The translations under genes and the position numbers were made by a program. A stretch of 47,865 nucleotides of DNA from NCBI GenBank assembly GCA_964422885.1, contig CAYRDV010000002.1:1-47865 (forward strand). Direction: 5' to 3'. The notes under the pieces were generated by a model. It worked only from the letters and a program-made list of their open reading frames with translations. It was not told the origin of the DNA and searched no databases. Positions 8,879-17,857 of this stretch are shown piece after piece; positions within the stretch are counted from its first letter, which is position 1, and each line of letters opens with the position of its first letter. This DNA is from an uncultured Candidatus Sericytochromatia bacterium. Its GTDB lineage: Bacteria; Cyanobacteriota; Sericytochromatia; UBA7694; JACMQJ01.

Positions 8879-11518
8879 CTATTTAACACATCTAAAACCA
8901 AGATTGAGATTTCGGCTTCCGGGGCTGAAAAACAAGTCCCTGTAGGAGGTTGTTAATCTTTCAGCATTCTCACTCCAACTACCACCTCTGGCTACTTTAA
9001 ATGAACCTGAAGCAGGACCAACAGGATTAACAGATTCTAATGTTCTGCCATAATATTCAAACTGGTACCAGTCATTAACCCATTCAACAACATTTCCGGA
9101 CAGGTTGAAGACGAGATCTTTACTTCTGCCATCCGAAGTCCCGGCTGTCCCATCAAACATATTTATATTTGCAACAAGTTTGAATCCGTCATCAGAGCCA
9201 TCAGTGCCAAAATATCCATTGGTTTTGTTATTGGTGCCTGAAGGAACATCATTCCCCCAAGGAAACATCCTACCCCATGGATTAACTGCTTCAGGTGCAC
9301 TTCTTGCTGCAAGCTCCCATTCAGCTTCTGTAGGTAAACGTTTACCTGACCATTTGGCAAATGCTGAAGCTTCATACCAGCTTACACCCACAACTGGCTG
9401 TAATTCCTGATTATATTTCGGATCATCCCAGTATAATGGCTTTGTTATAGAATTGCCTGTTTTCCATTTCCATCCTTCTGAAGTCCAGAATTCGGGATTA
9501 TTATAGCCATCAGCGTCAATAAATGCCTTATAATCTTTATTTGATACTTCTTTAGTATCCATCAGAAAAGTTGATACTTCCACAACAATCATTGGATGTT
9601 CACTAGGTCCAAAATTCAGTGAACCGCCGAATTTCTTTGAATAATTGCGTAATTCTCTTAAAATACCGATATCATCTGTATTGTTTGTACCAATAACCTT
9701 TACTGTACTTTGAAAGGCATTATTGGCAATTACCAGATCTAGAACTGCTTTTTTAATACCAGTAAAACTGGCAATGTCATCTATCATAGAAGGGGTTATA
9801 ACCAAATCGCTTAAAGTAGAATCCACGGTTAAACCCGCAACTTTTGAAGGCACCAGTACCAGTTCATCAATTTTAGAAACCTGAGCATCACTTGGAGTAC
9901 CCATTAAAAATTTTACCCCGGTTCCTGGAACAGTAACTACTTCACCAGCTACAGTAGAATAACCGTTAAATTTACCATCAGAAATATCTTTTCCTCTCGC
10001 AGTTTCCACTGAAATATAACCGATAGTTCTGGCAGTAGGCACCTTTACTTTTAGTGATTCTGTAGAAGCAGAAATAACATCTGACTTTACACCATTAATT
10101 TTAACAATATTATTTGCTGGTACCCGATCATCAAAATTTCGGCCAAAAACAGTTACATAATCAATATTAGTTGGATCCACATCTACACCTGACGGTGAAA
10201 ATCCGGTTATTACAGGGCTGATACCAGAATCTTTAACAGTTACATTAAAAGTAGCTGTTTCATCTTTATCAATTATTGCTTTTAGATTCAAAGTCCCACT
10301 ACCAGTTTTAAGACCTGTAAGTAAACCATCAGCATTAACGGTAAAATATTCTGAGTTGGATGTATCCCAGATTACTTCATCTTTTACATATGAATCATCT
10401 TCAAAATAAACCCTGGCATCAAAGTCTTTTGGATCATTTATTTCGACATCAACAGCAGTTAATTTATTTTCTTTATCATATAATTGAATTTCTTTTACCT
10501 TCAGGCTTTGCAGATTTAAAGTAATTTCCTTTTCCTGAGTATCTTTTACCTCAACAACAGCTTTTGCATAAAGACGGCTTCCGCCATTAATAATGATATT
10601 TTTTTCTTCATCATTATTTGTAGGAATAGAGATCGCACCCGAAGAATTTACATAAGCTTTTGCTGTAAGATCCCAAACTCCCAGGTCCGGTTTTACCCGT
10701 TTATAAATACCTTCTTCAGTGGCAATACTGGCTGAGATATCATTTATATTTACAGTTATACCGCTGGTAATAGGGTTTCCCTGAGGATCTTTAACAGTAA
10801 CCTTTAAATTCCCGGAAAGCTCATTTTTCAAATCTTTGGTATTTTCAGTATCAATATCACCATCATTGGAAATAACTCTCTGAGTAATATTATAAACATC
10901 AATTTTATTAGGATTTACTCCATCCGAGGCATAACTTGTTTTTCCATCACTATCTGTTTGAAAACCAGTAATATTGTTAATTAATTTTTTTAATTTTTCA
11001 CCATCAATTTTATTCGCCAAATCATTCCGGTTACTTTTCAAAATTGATTGCATAACTCTGGCAGCCGGGGTTGTACCATAGTTTATGGAAAGTATATTGG
11101 TTGTATCTTCTAAAACATCCAGAAGTCCCATTAGTTTTGCAACAGGATTACCAGAGCGATCAAGCCCTGTAACTGAAACTACTCTGTTTTTTCCCGAATT
11201 AACTTTAATAGACAGGGTTTTGGTTGATTCTGACGCTTTCCAGTCATCAATTTTTACTATTTTATCCGAAATACCCAGTCCTTCTACTTCAATTCTAACC
11301 TGTTCAATCGTGCTATCTTCAAATGTACCTTTTACAGAAAAGTTTTGGATATTTTTAAATGAATCTATTTTTAAGACAATAGTTCCAGATTTAAAGTTAG
11401 GCTTCTTAACCATATCAGTATTTACTAAAGGAGTTTTAAGATCTGAACAGCTGGTTATATTGGCTGACAAAATTATCCCTAACATCAGGGGTAACAGATA
11501 CGATATTTTTTTATTCAT
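8879..11518 (-). CDS. Paralogous lipoprotein with Ig-like/IPT domains and a C-terminal FGE-sulfatase fold domain
   Basis: The ORF extends to a TTG at 11536. I prefer ATG 11518 (MNKKISYLLPLMLGIILSANITSC, canonical lipoprotein signal). IPT-like PVITGFSPSG..VTVFGRNF. FGE hallmarks PVVGVSWYEASAFAKWSGKRLPTEAEWELAAR, RGGSW and GFRC. The N-terminal ~330 aa are also homologous to 6106..8856. Confidence 0.85.
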   Translation of the reverse strand: MNKKISYLLPLMLGIILSANITSCSDLKTPLVNTDMVKKPNFKSGTIVLKIDSFKNIQNFSVKGTFEDSTIEQVRIEVEGLGISDKIVKIDDWKASESTKTLSIKVNSGKNRVVSVTGLDRSGNPVAKLMGLLDVLEDTTNILSINYGTTPAARVMQSILKSNRNDLANKIDGEKLKKLINNITGFQTDSDGKTSYASDGVNPNKIDVYNITQRVISNDGDIDTENTKDLKNELSGNLKVTVKDPQGNPITSGITVNINDISASIATEEGIYKRVKPDLGVWDLTAKAYVNSSGAISIPTNNDEEKNIIINGGSRLYAKAVVEVKDTQEKEITLNLQSLKVKEIQLYDKENKLTAVDVEINDPKDFDARVYFEDDSYVKDEVIWDTSNSEYFTVNADGLLTGLKTGSGTLNLKAIIDKDETATFNVTVKDSGISPVITGFSPSGVDVDPTNIDYVTVFGRNFDDRVPANNIVKINGVKSDVISASTESLKVKVPTARTIGYISVETARGKDISDGKFNGYSTVAGEVVTVPGTGVKFLMGTPSDAQVSKIDELVLVPSKVAGLTVDSTLSDLVITPSMIDDIASFTGIKKAVLDLVIANNAFQSTVKVIGTNNTDDIGILRELRNYSKKFGGSLNFGPSEHPMIVVEVSTFLMDTKEVSNKDYKAFIDADGYNNPEFWTSEGWKWKTGNSITKPLYWDDPKYNQELQPVVGVSWYEASAFAKWSGKRLPTEAEWELAARSAPEAVNPWGRMFPWGNDVPSGTNNKTNGYFGTDGSDDGFKLVANINMFDGTAGTSDGRSKDLVFNLSGNVVEWVNDWYQFEYYGRTLESVNPVGPASGSFKVARGGSWSENAERLTTSYRDLFFSPGSRNLNLGFRCVK

Positions 11519-11563
11519 AAAAAACAAACCTTTCAAATTTAAATACTTAGTGAATTAAATGTT

Positions 11564-11986
11564 CTAACAGCCGGGAGTTCCTCTTTTACAAGGTGGCTTG
11601 GGGTTTATTGAAATATTAAGCTGACCTGAAGGACCTGTCACAGAAGAAGTTGCCGTAGGAGTTGGGACAGGGCTATGAGAATTAGCCGGGGTTGGGGTTG
11701 CTGCTGTTATTGGGTTAGCATCAGAAGATTTATTGTTTAATTCCCCATTTGCAGATGAATTATTAGGTCTGTTATCTATAATATTTTTACCTGATGATGC
11801 AGTATTTGCATTGTTTTGATTTGAGTTACCGGTATTGGCATTATTTCCCTGGGAAGCTGTTGTTTTATTTTGAGAAGAATTTGGATCTACAGACTTTCCT
11901 GAGGGAGAATTACTATTACAAGCTTCGAATATAAAAATAGTACAGAATGCTATAAAACCTAATCCTGATAATGTTTTTTTATACAT
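11564..11986 (-). CDS. Low-complexity (N/S/P/T-rich) small lipoprotein
   Basis: 140 aa, lipobox IFEACNS. It lies 27 nt upstream of the FGE-fold paralog on the same strand. Confidence 0.6.
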   Translation of the reverse strand: MYKKTLSGLGFIAFCTIFIFEACNSNSPSGKSVDPNSSQNKTTASQGNNANTGNSNQNNANTASSGKNIIDNRPNNSSANGELNNKSSDANPITAATPTPANSHSPVPTPTATSSVTGPSGQLNISINPKPPCKRGTPGC

Positions 11987-12132
11987 AGCGCTCCAAGATT
12001 TAATAAATATTTAACAAAAAATAAAAAATAATGAGGTTTTTTATTACATTGTTAATGTTAGTTATACTAAAGTCATTTTATCATAAATAACAAGATAATA
12101 TAACTGTTTTAAATTGCAATAATTTATTAAGT

Positions 12133-12182
12133 TAGAATGATTAGGAGGAGACGAGCATGCTCGTCTCCTCCTAATCATTCTA
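12133..12182. terminator. 50-bp perfect palindrome, likely bidirectional terminator-like hairpin
   Basis: 25 consecutive complementary pairs checked around centre 12157/12158 (tagaatgattaggaggagacgagca|tgctcgtctcctcctaatcattcta). It begins 7 nt after the stop of 12189..12548. Confidence 0.6.
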
Positions 12183-12188
12183 TATTTT

Positions 12189-12548
12189 CTAATTAGAACA
12201 ATAAAAATAGGGAAAAGTGTATTCCATTGTTTTTTCAAGATAAAATTCATTTTCAAAAAAATGAAAACTCTTAACGTCTGCCTTAACCTTTGTCAGCTCA
12301 GAAAAATTGGTTACAAATAATTTTTTCCTGACATTCTGATAATTTTGTTTAAAAAGAGCTTTTTGATCTCTATATTCTTTTTCAACCTGTTTTAAAGCAT
12401 TAAGAAATTTATTTATTAGTTCAGGGGTATCAGGAAGCCTTGATGCTTTATCTGAAGATATGGTAGTTATAGTCGCCAGTTTTATTCGACCATCCATTTT
12501 TCCATACTTCTCAGCTTTTTCAAAAATATTTATTAATTCCTGACCCAT
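12189..12548 (-). CDS. Hypothetical protein
   Basis: 119 aa, ATG start, no motif recognised. Followed by the 50-bp palindrome. Confidence 0.6.
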   Translation of the reverse strand: MGQELINIFEKAEKYGKMDGRIKLATITTISSDKASRLPDTPELINKFLNALKQVEKEYRDQKALFKQNYQNVRKKLFVTNFSELTKVKADVKSFHFFENEFYLEKTMEYTFPYFYCSN

Positions 12549-12872
12549 ACCTAACCTTCTCCTTTTAAACCAAAGTTTAATTTAAAAAACAAAACTAACT
12601 TTACTTAATAAAGGCTTTACTTTTAGCATTTAAATATCTCCTCTTGAGGGATTAATTTTATTATATATAGTCTATTCCCATATTTGAATAAATTTACTAT
12701 GAAATAAATGTGAATTTAATGTGAATTTTTAAATTAACACTAAATTAACAAATTTTCTTATATTTTTCCAAATAAGTGTATTTATCACTAAATTATGGTG
12801 ATTACAAGCACTGAGTTATATTTCTATAAAAGATATGATGTTTTTTGTAAAGGGCATTAAGTGAGACAATAA

Positions 12873-13814
12873 ATGTTGTACCGAGAAAAAGAAACTAATG
12901 TAGCAAAAAAATTGGGAGTATCCACAATTACACTAAAAAACTGGGTAGGCCTGAACAACTTTTCTGCCAATATAAATGAAAGTACTATGCAGCAACAATC
13001 ACACAGAAACGAAGACAATTTTTATGAAGTAGCCGGTAAAAACGCAGCAATTAATGAAAATACTTCAGATTTTTATGCAACAGAGGTTGATAATATTACT
13101 AAAGATACGAATCATTCCTATGCCCACTGTTTACACCAAAGCATTGAAACGCTCGCACTAGGTTTACATGAAAAAATAGATGTACTACACGATACGCAAC
13201 TAGATATACACCATATTGAAATAGTCACCGACCGGGTTTTCAATAATATTGAAAAACTCAAAAATGAAATCAGGGCTTCTAATACTTATATTCAAGCAAT
13301 TGAATATCAGAATAAGAGCCTTGAAGCAAAATTCGATGTACTTTTGATGCAGAATGACACAATTACGCAAAAATGTACTCAGCTCGAACTTTTGTGCGAA
13401 CGTTTTTTTTCTAAAAATATTGAATTGGAAAACAGATTACTTGCTTTAGATCATAAATTGTTTTTTTCTAATACAAGTGAAACCTTTCCCGATTCAAATC
13501 AAAAGACCAGGACAACAACTGATCTGGATGAAAAGGTGAATGACAGAGAAACAACAAAGCATATTGATACCAGCAATAATGCAAACATTGAAGAAAATAA
13601 TTTTATATTTAATGAAATATTTGAGTCTCAGGATAAGTACCAGCCCGTCATAGAACCGGAAATAAACAAATATAGCAATTATGAACCACTACAGGAAACA
13701 GAAGATATTGAAAACTTTATAAAAGATGAAGGACATGAAGACTACAACATGCTGCAATCATTGAAGCAGAGGCCTTTTGCCAAATGGTTGAATAAAGTTT
13801 TGGGGTTGACTTAG
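12873..13814 (+). CDS. Hypothetical protein with N-terminal HTH-like segment and coiled-coil region
   Basis: 313 aa. VAKKLGVSTITLKNWV resembles an HTH. The central region is heptad-rich (IEKLKNEIRASNTYIQAIEYQNKSLEAKFDVL..). Followed by a hairpin plus T-tract. Confidence 0.6.
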   Translation: MLYREKETNVAKKLGVSTITLKNWVGLNNFSANINESTMQQQSHRNEDNFYEVAGKNAAINENTSDFYATEVDNITKDTNHSYAHCLHQSIETLALGLHEKIDVLHDTQLDIHHIEIVTDRVFNNIEKLKNEIRASNTYIQAIEYQNKSLEAKFDVLLMQNDTITQKCTQLELLCERFFSKNIELENRLLALDHKLFFSNTSETFPDSNQKTRTTTDLDEKVNDRETTKHIDTSNNANIEENNFIFNEIFESQDKYQPVIEPEINKYSNYEPLQETEDIENFIKDEGHEDYNMLQSLKQRPFAKWLNKVLGLT

Positions 13815-13831
13815 TTTTTAACAAAAAGGAT

Positions 13832-13855
13832 AAAGAGCTTACGCTCTTTTTTTTT
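13832..13855 (+). terminator. Rho-independent terminator
   Basis: aaagagc-ttac-gctcttt stem-loop followed by a T-run, 18 nt after the stop at 13814. Confidence 0.6.
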
Positions 13856-13867
13856 GCTCTTGTATTG

Positions 13868-13902
13868 AAGGTAGGGACAGAACAGTGTTCTGTCCCTACC
13901 TT
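13868..13902. repeat. Palindromic element, GGACAGAACAgTGTTCTGTCC family, copy 1
   Basis: aaggtagggacagaaca-g-tgttctgtccctacctt with 17-bp arms, between convergent genes. Confidence 0.85.
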
Positions 13903-13908
13903 ATGTTT

Positions 13909-15120
13909 TTATTGATCTCTTGAAAGAAGGAAAGGAAAACCTCTGTACTGAGCCAGTTCAGATACATTTGTATCCTGGATGGTTAATGTGATATCGTTCG
14001 GTGACTCTTTAGCAATAACGATTTTAGCAAATTTACCAAATCCTTCAAGATTTAAAATAACATTTGAACCTTCTGTTGCAACCTGTGCTTCCTTGGAGTA
14101 AGTTTTACTGTTAAATGTTGCAGAAGCCCGAAAGACATTTTGGCCATTACCACGTCTGATAGTAAACTTTATTTGGTTACCGATAGTAGAATTATTCCAA
14201 AGTCCGACATAATCATCAAGTGGATCAAAGTTTGTTCTACTTTCCTTCATGGCTTTGGCTGCTTCTGCATCATCTTTTACCTGCTTTTTAATATCTTCCG
14301 GTGAAATAGTTTCTTTCGTAAATATCGTTTTCAGATCAAGGGTTTCAGATTCATTATTGGGCTTAAAAAGGGTAAAGCTATCATTTTTAATATCAATATT
14401 AAAGCTGGCTTCATTATCATCCGCTTTACCATTTCCATCCTTGTCATATACCCCGTTTACCTCGGTAACATTGCCATCAGCATCGGTCTGAATAACAACC
14501 TGTACGCTGGAGTTTTGAACAGCTTTAGTTTTGAAACCTTCTTCTGCTTTGTCTTTAAAAATAGGAATAGACACCAGATCTTTGGCATCATTTAATTGCA
14601 GTTTTACCAGATCGACATCGGTTTGAGGGACAGTACCAGTACCAATAAGTTCCATTAATGTTTTTTCATCAATTAAACCACTACTTACTACCTGTTTAAC
14701 AACATCAGGGGTAATTTTACCGGTTTCAATTACTTCTTTAACTGTTTTTTCATCTACAATACCTGAGTCAACAAAACTTTTTATTGTCTCTTTATCAACT
14801 GTCTTAAAATCAAAAGTTCCTGTACCATCAAATTTAACTTTGCTTTTTTGCTCCTCATCCTTTTTGGAGATCTGGATATCTTTGGGATCAACTTTTGTTC
14901 CATTAATTTCCAATGACTTAATATCACTGGGAACAATAGGGTTTACGACACCTTTTTCATCTTTACGGGCAAGAACAATTTTTGTCTCTCTTAATTTAGG
15001 TTCAATTTTTTTGATAACTGTTTTTTGAGTTGACTGAGTATTATTTGTTGGGAATGAACAACCAAAAATAAGTAAATAAGTGAGTGAAATGCTAAGTGAT
15101 TTATAAAAAAAAGATTTCAA
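13909..15120 (-). CDS. Lipoprotein, member of the in-window paralog family
   Basis: 403 aa. TTG start 7 nt after a strong AGGAGG. Lipobox LIFGCS. The N-terminal segment (VVNPIVPSDIKSLEINGTKV) and C-terminal domain are shared with 46191..47654. Confidence 0.75.
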   Translation of the reverse strand: MKSFFYKSLSISLTYLLIFGCSFPTNNTQSTQKTVIKKIEPKLRETKIVLARKDEKGVVNPIVPSDIKSLEINGTKVDPKDIQISKKDEEQKSKVKFDGTGTFDFKTVDKETIKSFVDSGIVDEKTVKEVIETGKITPDVVKQVVSSGLIDEKTLMELIGTGTVPQTDVDLVKLQLNDAKDLVSIPIFKDKAEEGFKTKAVQNSSVQVVIQTDADGNVTEVNGVYDKDGNGKADDNEASFNIDIKNDSFTLFKPNNESETLDLKTIFTKETISPEDIKKQVKDDAEAAKAMKESRTNFDPLDDYVGLWNNSTIGNQIKFTIRRGNGQNVFRASATFNSKTYSKEAQVATEGSNVILNLEGFGKFAKIVIAKESPNDITLTIQDTNVSELAQYRGFPFLLSRDQ

Positions 15121-15398
15121 TTTTTTTCCTCCTAATGGGGTTTTAGAATCTTCAACGCTCTCTAATAATTATAATTCTACTTTAAACTATTATGTTTTTA
15201 AAGCTGATTAAACAAATCACATTTATTAAAAATTTGTGCATTATTTTTCTTTTGTTTATTAAATAAAATATCAGAATAATAATTAGTGAATAATAAGAGG
15301 CATTTTCAGGTTAAAATATTATTTTGGAAAAAAATATTTTAGTCATATTTTTAGTTTTTGAATTTAAATTAAGAATTATAAAGAGACAGGTGTTTAAA

Positions 15399-15638
15399 AT
15401 GGCTGACAGAAAAGCCAGATATTCAGAAAACAAATTAGGGCCATATTATGTAGATTACGAATGTATAGCATGTGATGCCTGTGTAGGGATTGCTACAGAT
15501 TTTTTTAAAATGAATGATGATGAGGGCCATGCATATGTTTATTATCAGCCCAAAACTAAAGAAGAAATCGCTTTATGTGAAGAAGCAAAAGCGGCCTGTC
15601 CGGTAGATGCAATTGGTAACGATGGAGATAAAACTTGA
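15399..15638 (+). CDS. Small single-cluster ferredoxin
   Basis: CIACDACV ... CPVDAI cluster-binding pattern. I prefer ATG 15399 (MADRKARY) over the TTG at 15324 in the track. Confidence 0.8.
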   Translation: MADRKARYSENKLGPYYVDYECIACDACVGIATDFFKMNDDEGHAYVYYQPKTKEEIALCEEAKAACPVDAIGNDGDKT

Positions 15639-15683
15639 CCCTAAAATTATTTAGAGCTATAATTCATCCATAATTAACTTTAT

Positions 15684-15757
15684 GGCGGTGTAGCTCAGTT
15701 GGTTAGAGCACTCGGCTCATACCCGGGTTGTCGGTGGTTCAAGTCCACTCGCCGCTA
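15684..15757 (+). tRNA. tRNA with CAT anticodon (elongator Met most likely, Ile2/lysidine type not excluded)
   Basis: Cloverleaf read by hand:
- acceptor GGCGGTG/CGCCGCT plus discriminator A
- D arm GCTC-AGTTGGTTA-GAGC
- anticodon arm CTCGG-CTCATAC-CCGGG
- T arm GGTGG-TTCAAGT-CCACT
The initiator signature is absent (no 3x GC at the base of the anticodon stem, G1 paired). No encoded CCA. Confidence 0.85.
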
Positions 15758-15768
15758 TTTTATGAAAT

Positions 15769-16776
15769 ATGCAAATACCCCCTCTGCTCAATAAAGTTTT
15801 ATCTTTTATCACAAAAAACAATCTTATCGAAGATAATGACCAAACTTTGTTAGGTGTTTCCGGTGGACCTGATTCAGTAGCATTACTTAATATTTTTTAT
15901 CAGTTGAAAAATATTTTAAAAATTACTATTGGGGTTGCTCATGTCAATTATAATCTGAGAAAAGATGCTTCTATTGAAGAAGAGCTTTATGTAAAAAAGA
16001 TTTCTGAAAAATATCAACTGCCTTTTTATAATCTATCCCTTAATTTAAAAGAACTTCCAAAAAATGGTTCGCTTGAAGATAACGCAAGAAATATCCGTTA
16101 TGATTTTTTTGAAAATGTCGCTTTGAAAAATAATTATAATAAACTTGTGCTTGCCCATAATGCCAATGATCAGGCCGAAACAATCCTGATGAAATTTATC
16201 AGAGGGGCTGTATCAGGTCTAAAAGGAATAGAGAGTAAAAGGGAATTTTCCCTAAAAAATAAAGAATTAATTTTGGTCAGACCATTATTATGTTTATCTA
16301 GAAATGAGATTGAATTGTATTGCCAGGAACAAAATTTATCTCCCAAAACAGATCTTTCCAATTTTGAAGATATTTATACCAGAAACAGAATAAGAAACAA
16401 GCTTATTCCCTTAATAATTGCTGAAAATCCAAATTTTTTAGAGGTTGCTGAACAAACATCCATAGTTCTAAATCAGGAGGATAAGTATCTGCAAAATATT
16501 GCCAGAGATGTTTTTACTAAAGCTTTTATAAAAAAGGATTCTGACAAAATAATTTTATCATATGCAGTTTTTAAAAATTTTGAAGATTGTATCCAAAGAA
16601 GAGTAATTAAAATTGCTTATCAGGAGCTTACCCAAAATACAAAAAGTTTTAGTTATAAAAACCTTGAAGCTATCAGAGAATGTATTACCAAAAACATTAG
16701 TAAAAAAGTAATTGGTTTACCTGATAATTATTTTTTTACCAAAGAAAAGGAACATCTTATTTTTTACAGACTGTAG
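15769..16776 (+). CDS. tilS: tRNA(Ile)-lysidine synthase
   Basis: 335 aa. PP-loop motif LLGVSGGPDSVAL. Overall TilS-like N-terminal ATP-pyrophosphatase domain. Confidence 0.9.
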   Translation: MQIPPLLNKVLSFITKNNLIEDNDQTLLGVSGGPDSVALLNIFYQLKNILKITIGVAHVNYNLRKDASIEEELYVKKISEKYQLPFYNLSLNLKELPKNGSLEDNARNIRYDFFENVALKNNYNKLVLAHNANDQAETILMKFIRGAVSGLKGIESKREFSLKNKELILVRPLLCLSRNEIELYCQEQNLSPKTDLSNFEDIYTRNRIRNKLIPLIIAENPNFLEVAEQTSIVLNQEDKYLQNIARDVFTKAFIKKDSDKIILSYAVFKNFEDCIQRRVIKIAYQELTQNTKSFSYKNLEAIRECITKNISKKVIGLPDNYFFTKEKEHLIFYRL

Positions 16777-16802
16777 GGACAGAACAGTGTTCTGTCCCTA
16801 CA
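16772..16802. repeat. Palindromic element, GGACAGAACAgTGTTCTGTCC family, copy 2
   Basis: tgtagggacagaaca-g-tgttctgtccctaca. It overlaps the tilS stop codon (16774-16776), between convergent genes. Confidence 0.85.
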
Positions 16803-16813
16803 AACTACAAGCG

Positions 16814-17734
16814 TCACTTTTGCATGGTTAGACCGTGAATAGTACCAGTTGTATTATTTGTTAAATTTTCAAATTCATTTTGAGATAATTCCCGAACATT
16901 TTTTCCGGCACCATTTTCAAGTTGTCCAGTATCTGCCACAAAAAACTTTTCATCTTTTTTAAATATCACTACAAAATGATTTTGTCCCTCTTTTTCAGGA
17001 TTGGAAATTTGCCCTGTTTTAGTATCCATGTGAACTCCTACCTGCAAAACTCCATTTGGATTTTCGGTCAGAAATTTATTTACTGCTTCACTTTTTTTAT
17101 TAATTGTCTCCCTATAAGCTCCTATAAGCACCTGTAAATTTAGGCCAATACTTTTTGTAGCATTAAAAATCTCACCCTTGGGAACAATATTGGAGATTTT
17201 TCCTCTTAAATCATAAGAAAAGGAATAAGAAGAATGTAATCCATCACCATCAGTCTCTTTTACAAAGTCATAAATTTTTTCCTGTAAAAGATGGGTGTTT
17301 TTATAGGTAAGTTCTGTTTCAACGCCATAACTATGAGCAAGTTTTGAAAAATCTCCGTCAAGTAAAATAAAAGCATTAAGCAAAGAGCCTGCACCACATC
17401 TGAAACTATCGTCATCCGTTTCTCTAAGGTTATCACCCTGTGCAATATTAGCAACAACTTCATATTTATTTCCTAAGATCTTATTTTTTTCACTATAATT
17501 AGGAGAAAAAACAAATTTAAGATCGTATTTTCTGGCTCCTTCCATTAATGTATAGTTAAGGTTGGTTATTTCTCCAAATTTATCAAGATCTTTAATAATA
17601 TTTTCTGCTAACTGATGATCCTTTACTTTCGGATTTTTAGCCATATTTTTTAATGATTCAATTTCATCTTTGTCCAAAACATCATCATTTTTGATATATT
17701 CAATAAATTTATCTCTAAAAGAAATATTATCCAT
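16814..17734 (-). CDS. Hypothetical protein, possible papain-fold (C39-like) cysteine peptidase
   Basis: 306 aa. Candidate Cys in DDSFRCGAGSLLNAF and His in GQNHFVVIFKKD, followed by ADTG. This resembles the Cys...His-hydrophobic pattern of C39-type peptidases. Inference only. Confidence 0.6.
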   Translation of the reverse strand: MDNISFRDKFIEYIKNDDVLDKDEIESLKNMAKNPKVKDHQLAENIIKDLDKFGEITNLNYTLMEGARKYDLKFVFSPNYSEKNKILGNKYEVVANIAQGDNLRETDDDSFRCGAGSLLNAFILLDGDFSKLAHSYGVETELTYKNTHLLQEKIYDFVKETDGDGLHSSYSFSYDLRGKISNIVPKGEIFNATKSIGLNLQVLIGAYRETINKKSEAVNKFLTENPNGVLQVGVHMDTKTGQISNPEKEGQNHFVVIFKKDEKFFVADTGQLENGAGKNVRELSQNEFENLTNNTTGTIHGLTMQK

Positions 17735-17857
17735 TCTAAGCCCTGATATAACTACCTTGGGGGTTCATCTTTCTATTCCCAAAGATAAATACAATAAATT
17801 ACAATTTAAGTTATAGGGAAAAATAAAAAATTATTTCTTAAAAATTTTAAATTCTAT

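Noticed and set aside
6360-11558. Nine short ORFs overlapping the two FGE-fold genes (6360..6590, 6412..6744, 7238..7498, 7736..8155, 8152..8370, 9105..9410, 9163..9375, 11085..11558)
   Set aside because: They are all nested in, or antisense to, 900-aa genes with clear domain content. Their sequences are S/L/F/I-rich with no motifs. They are typical shadow ORFs.
12062-12256. 64-aa minus-strand ORF spanning the 50-bp palindrome
   Set aside because: It reads straight through a perfect palindrome (RRRRACSSPP) and overlaps the 3' end of 12189..12548. It has no SD and is better explained as a terminator region.
15324-15398. TTG-initiated 25-aa N-terminal extension of the ferredoxin ORF
   Set aside because: The extension (MEKNILVIFLVFEFKLRIIKRQVFK) is hydrophobic junk preceding a complete ferredoxin that starts at ATG 15399.
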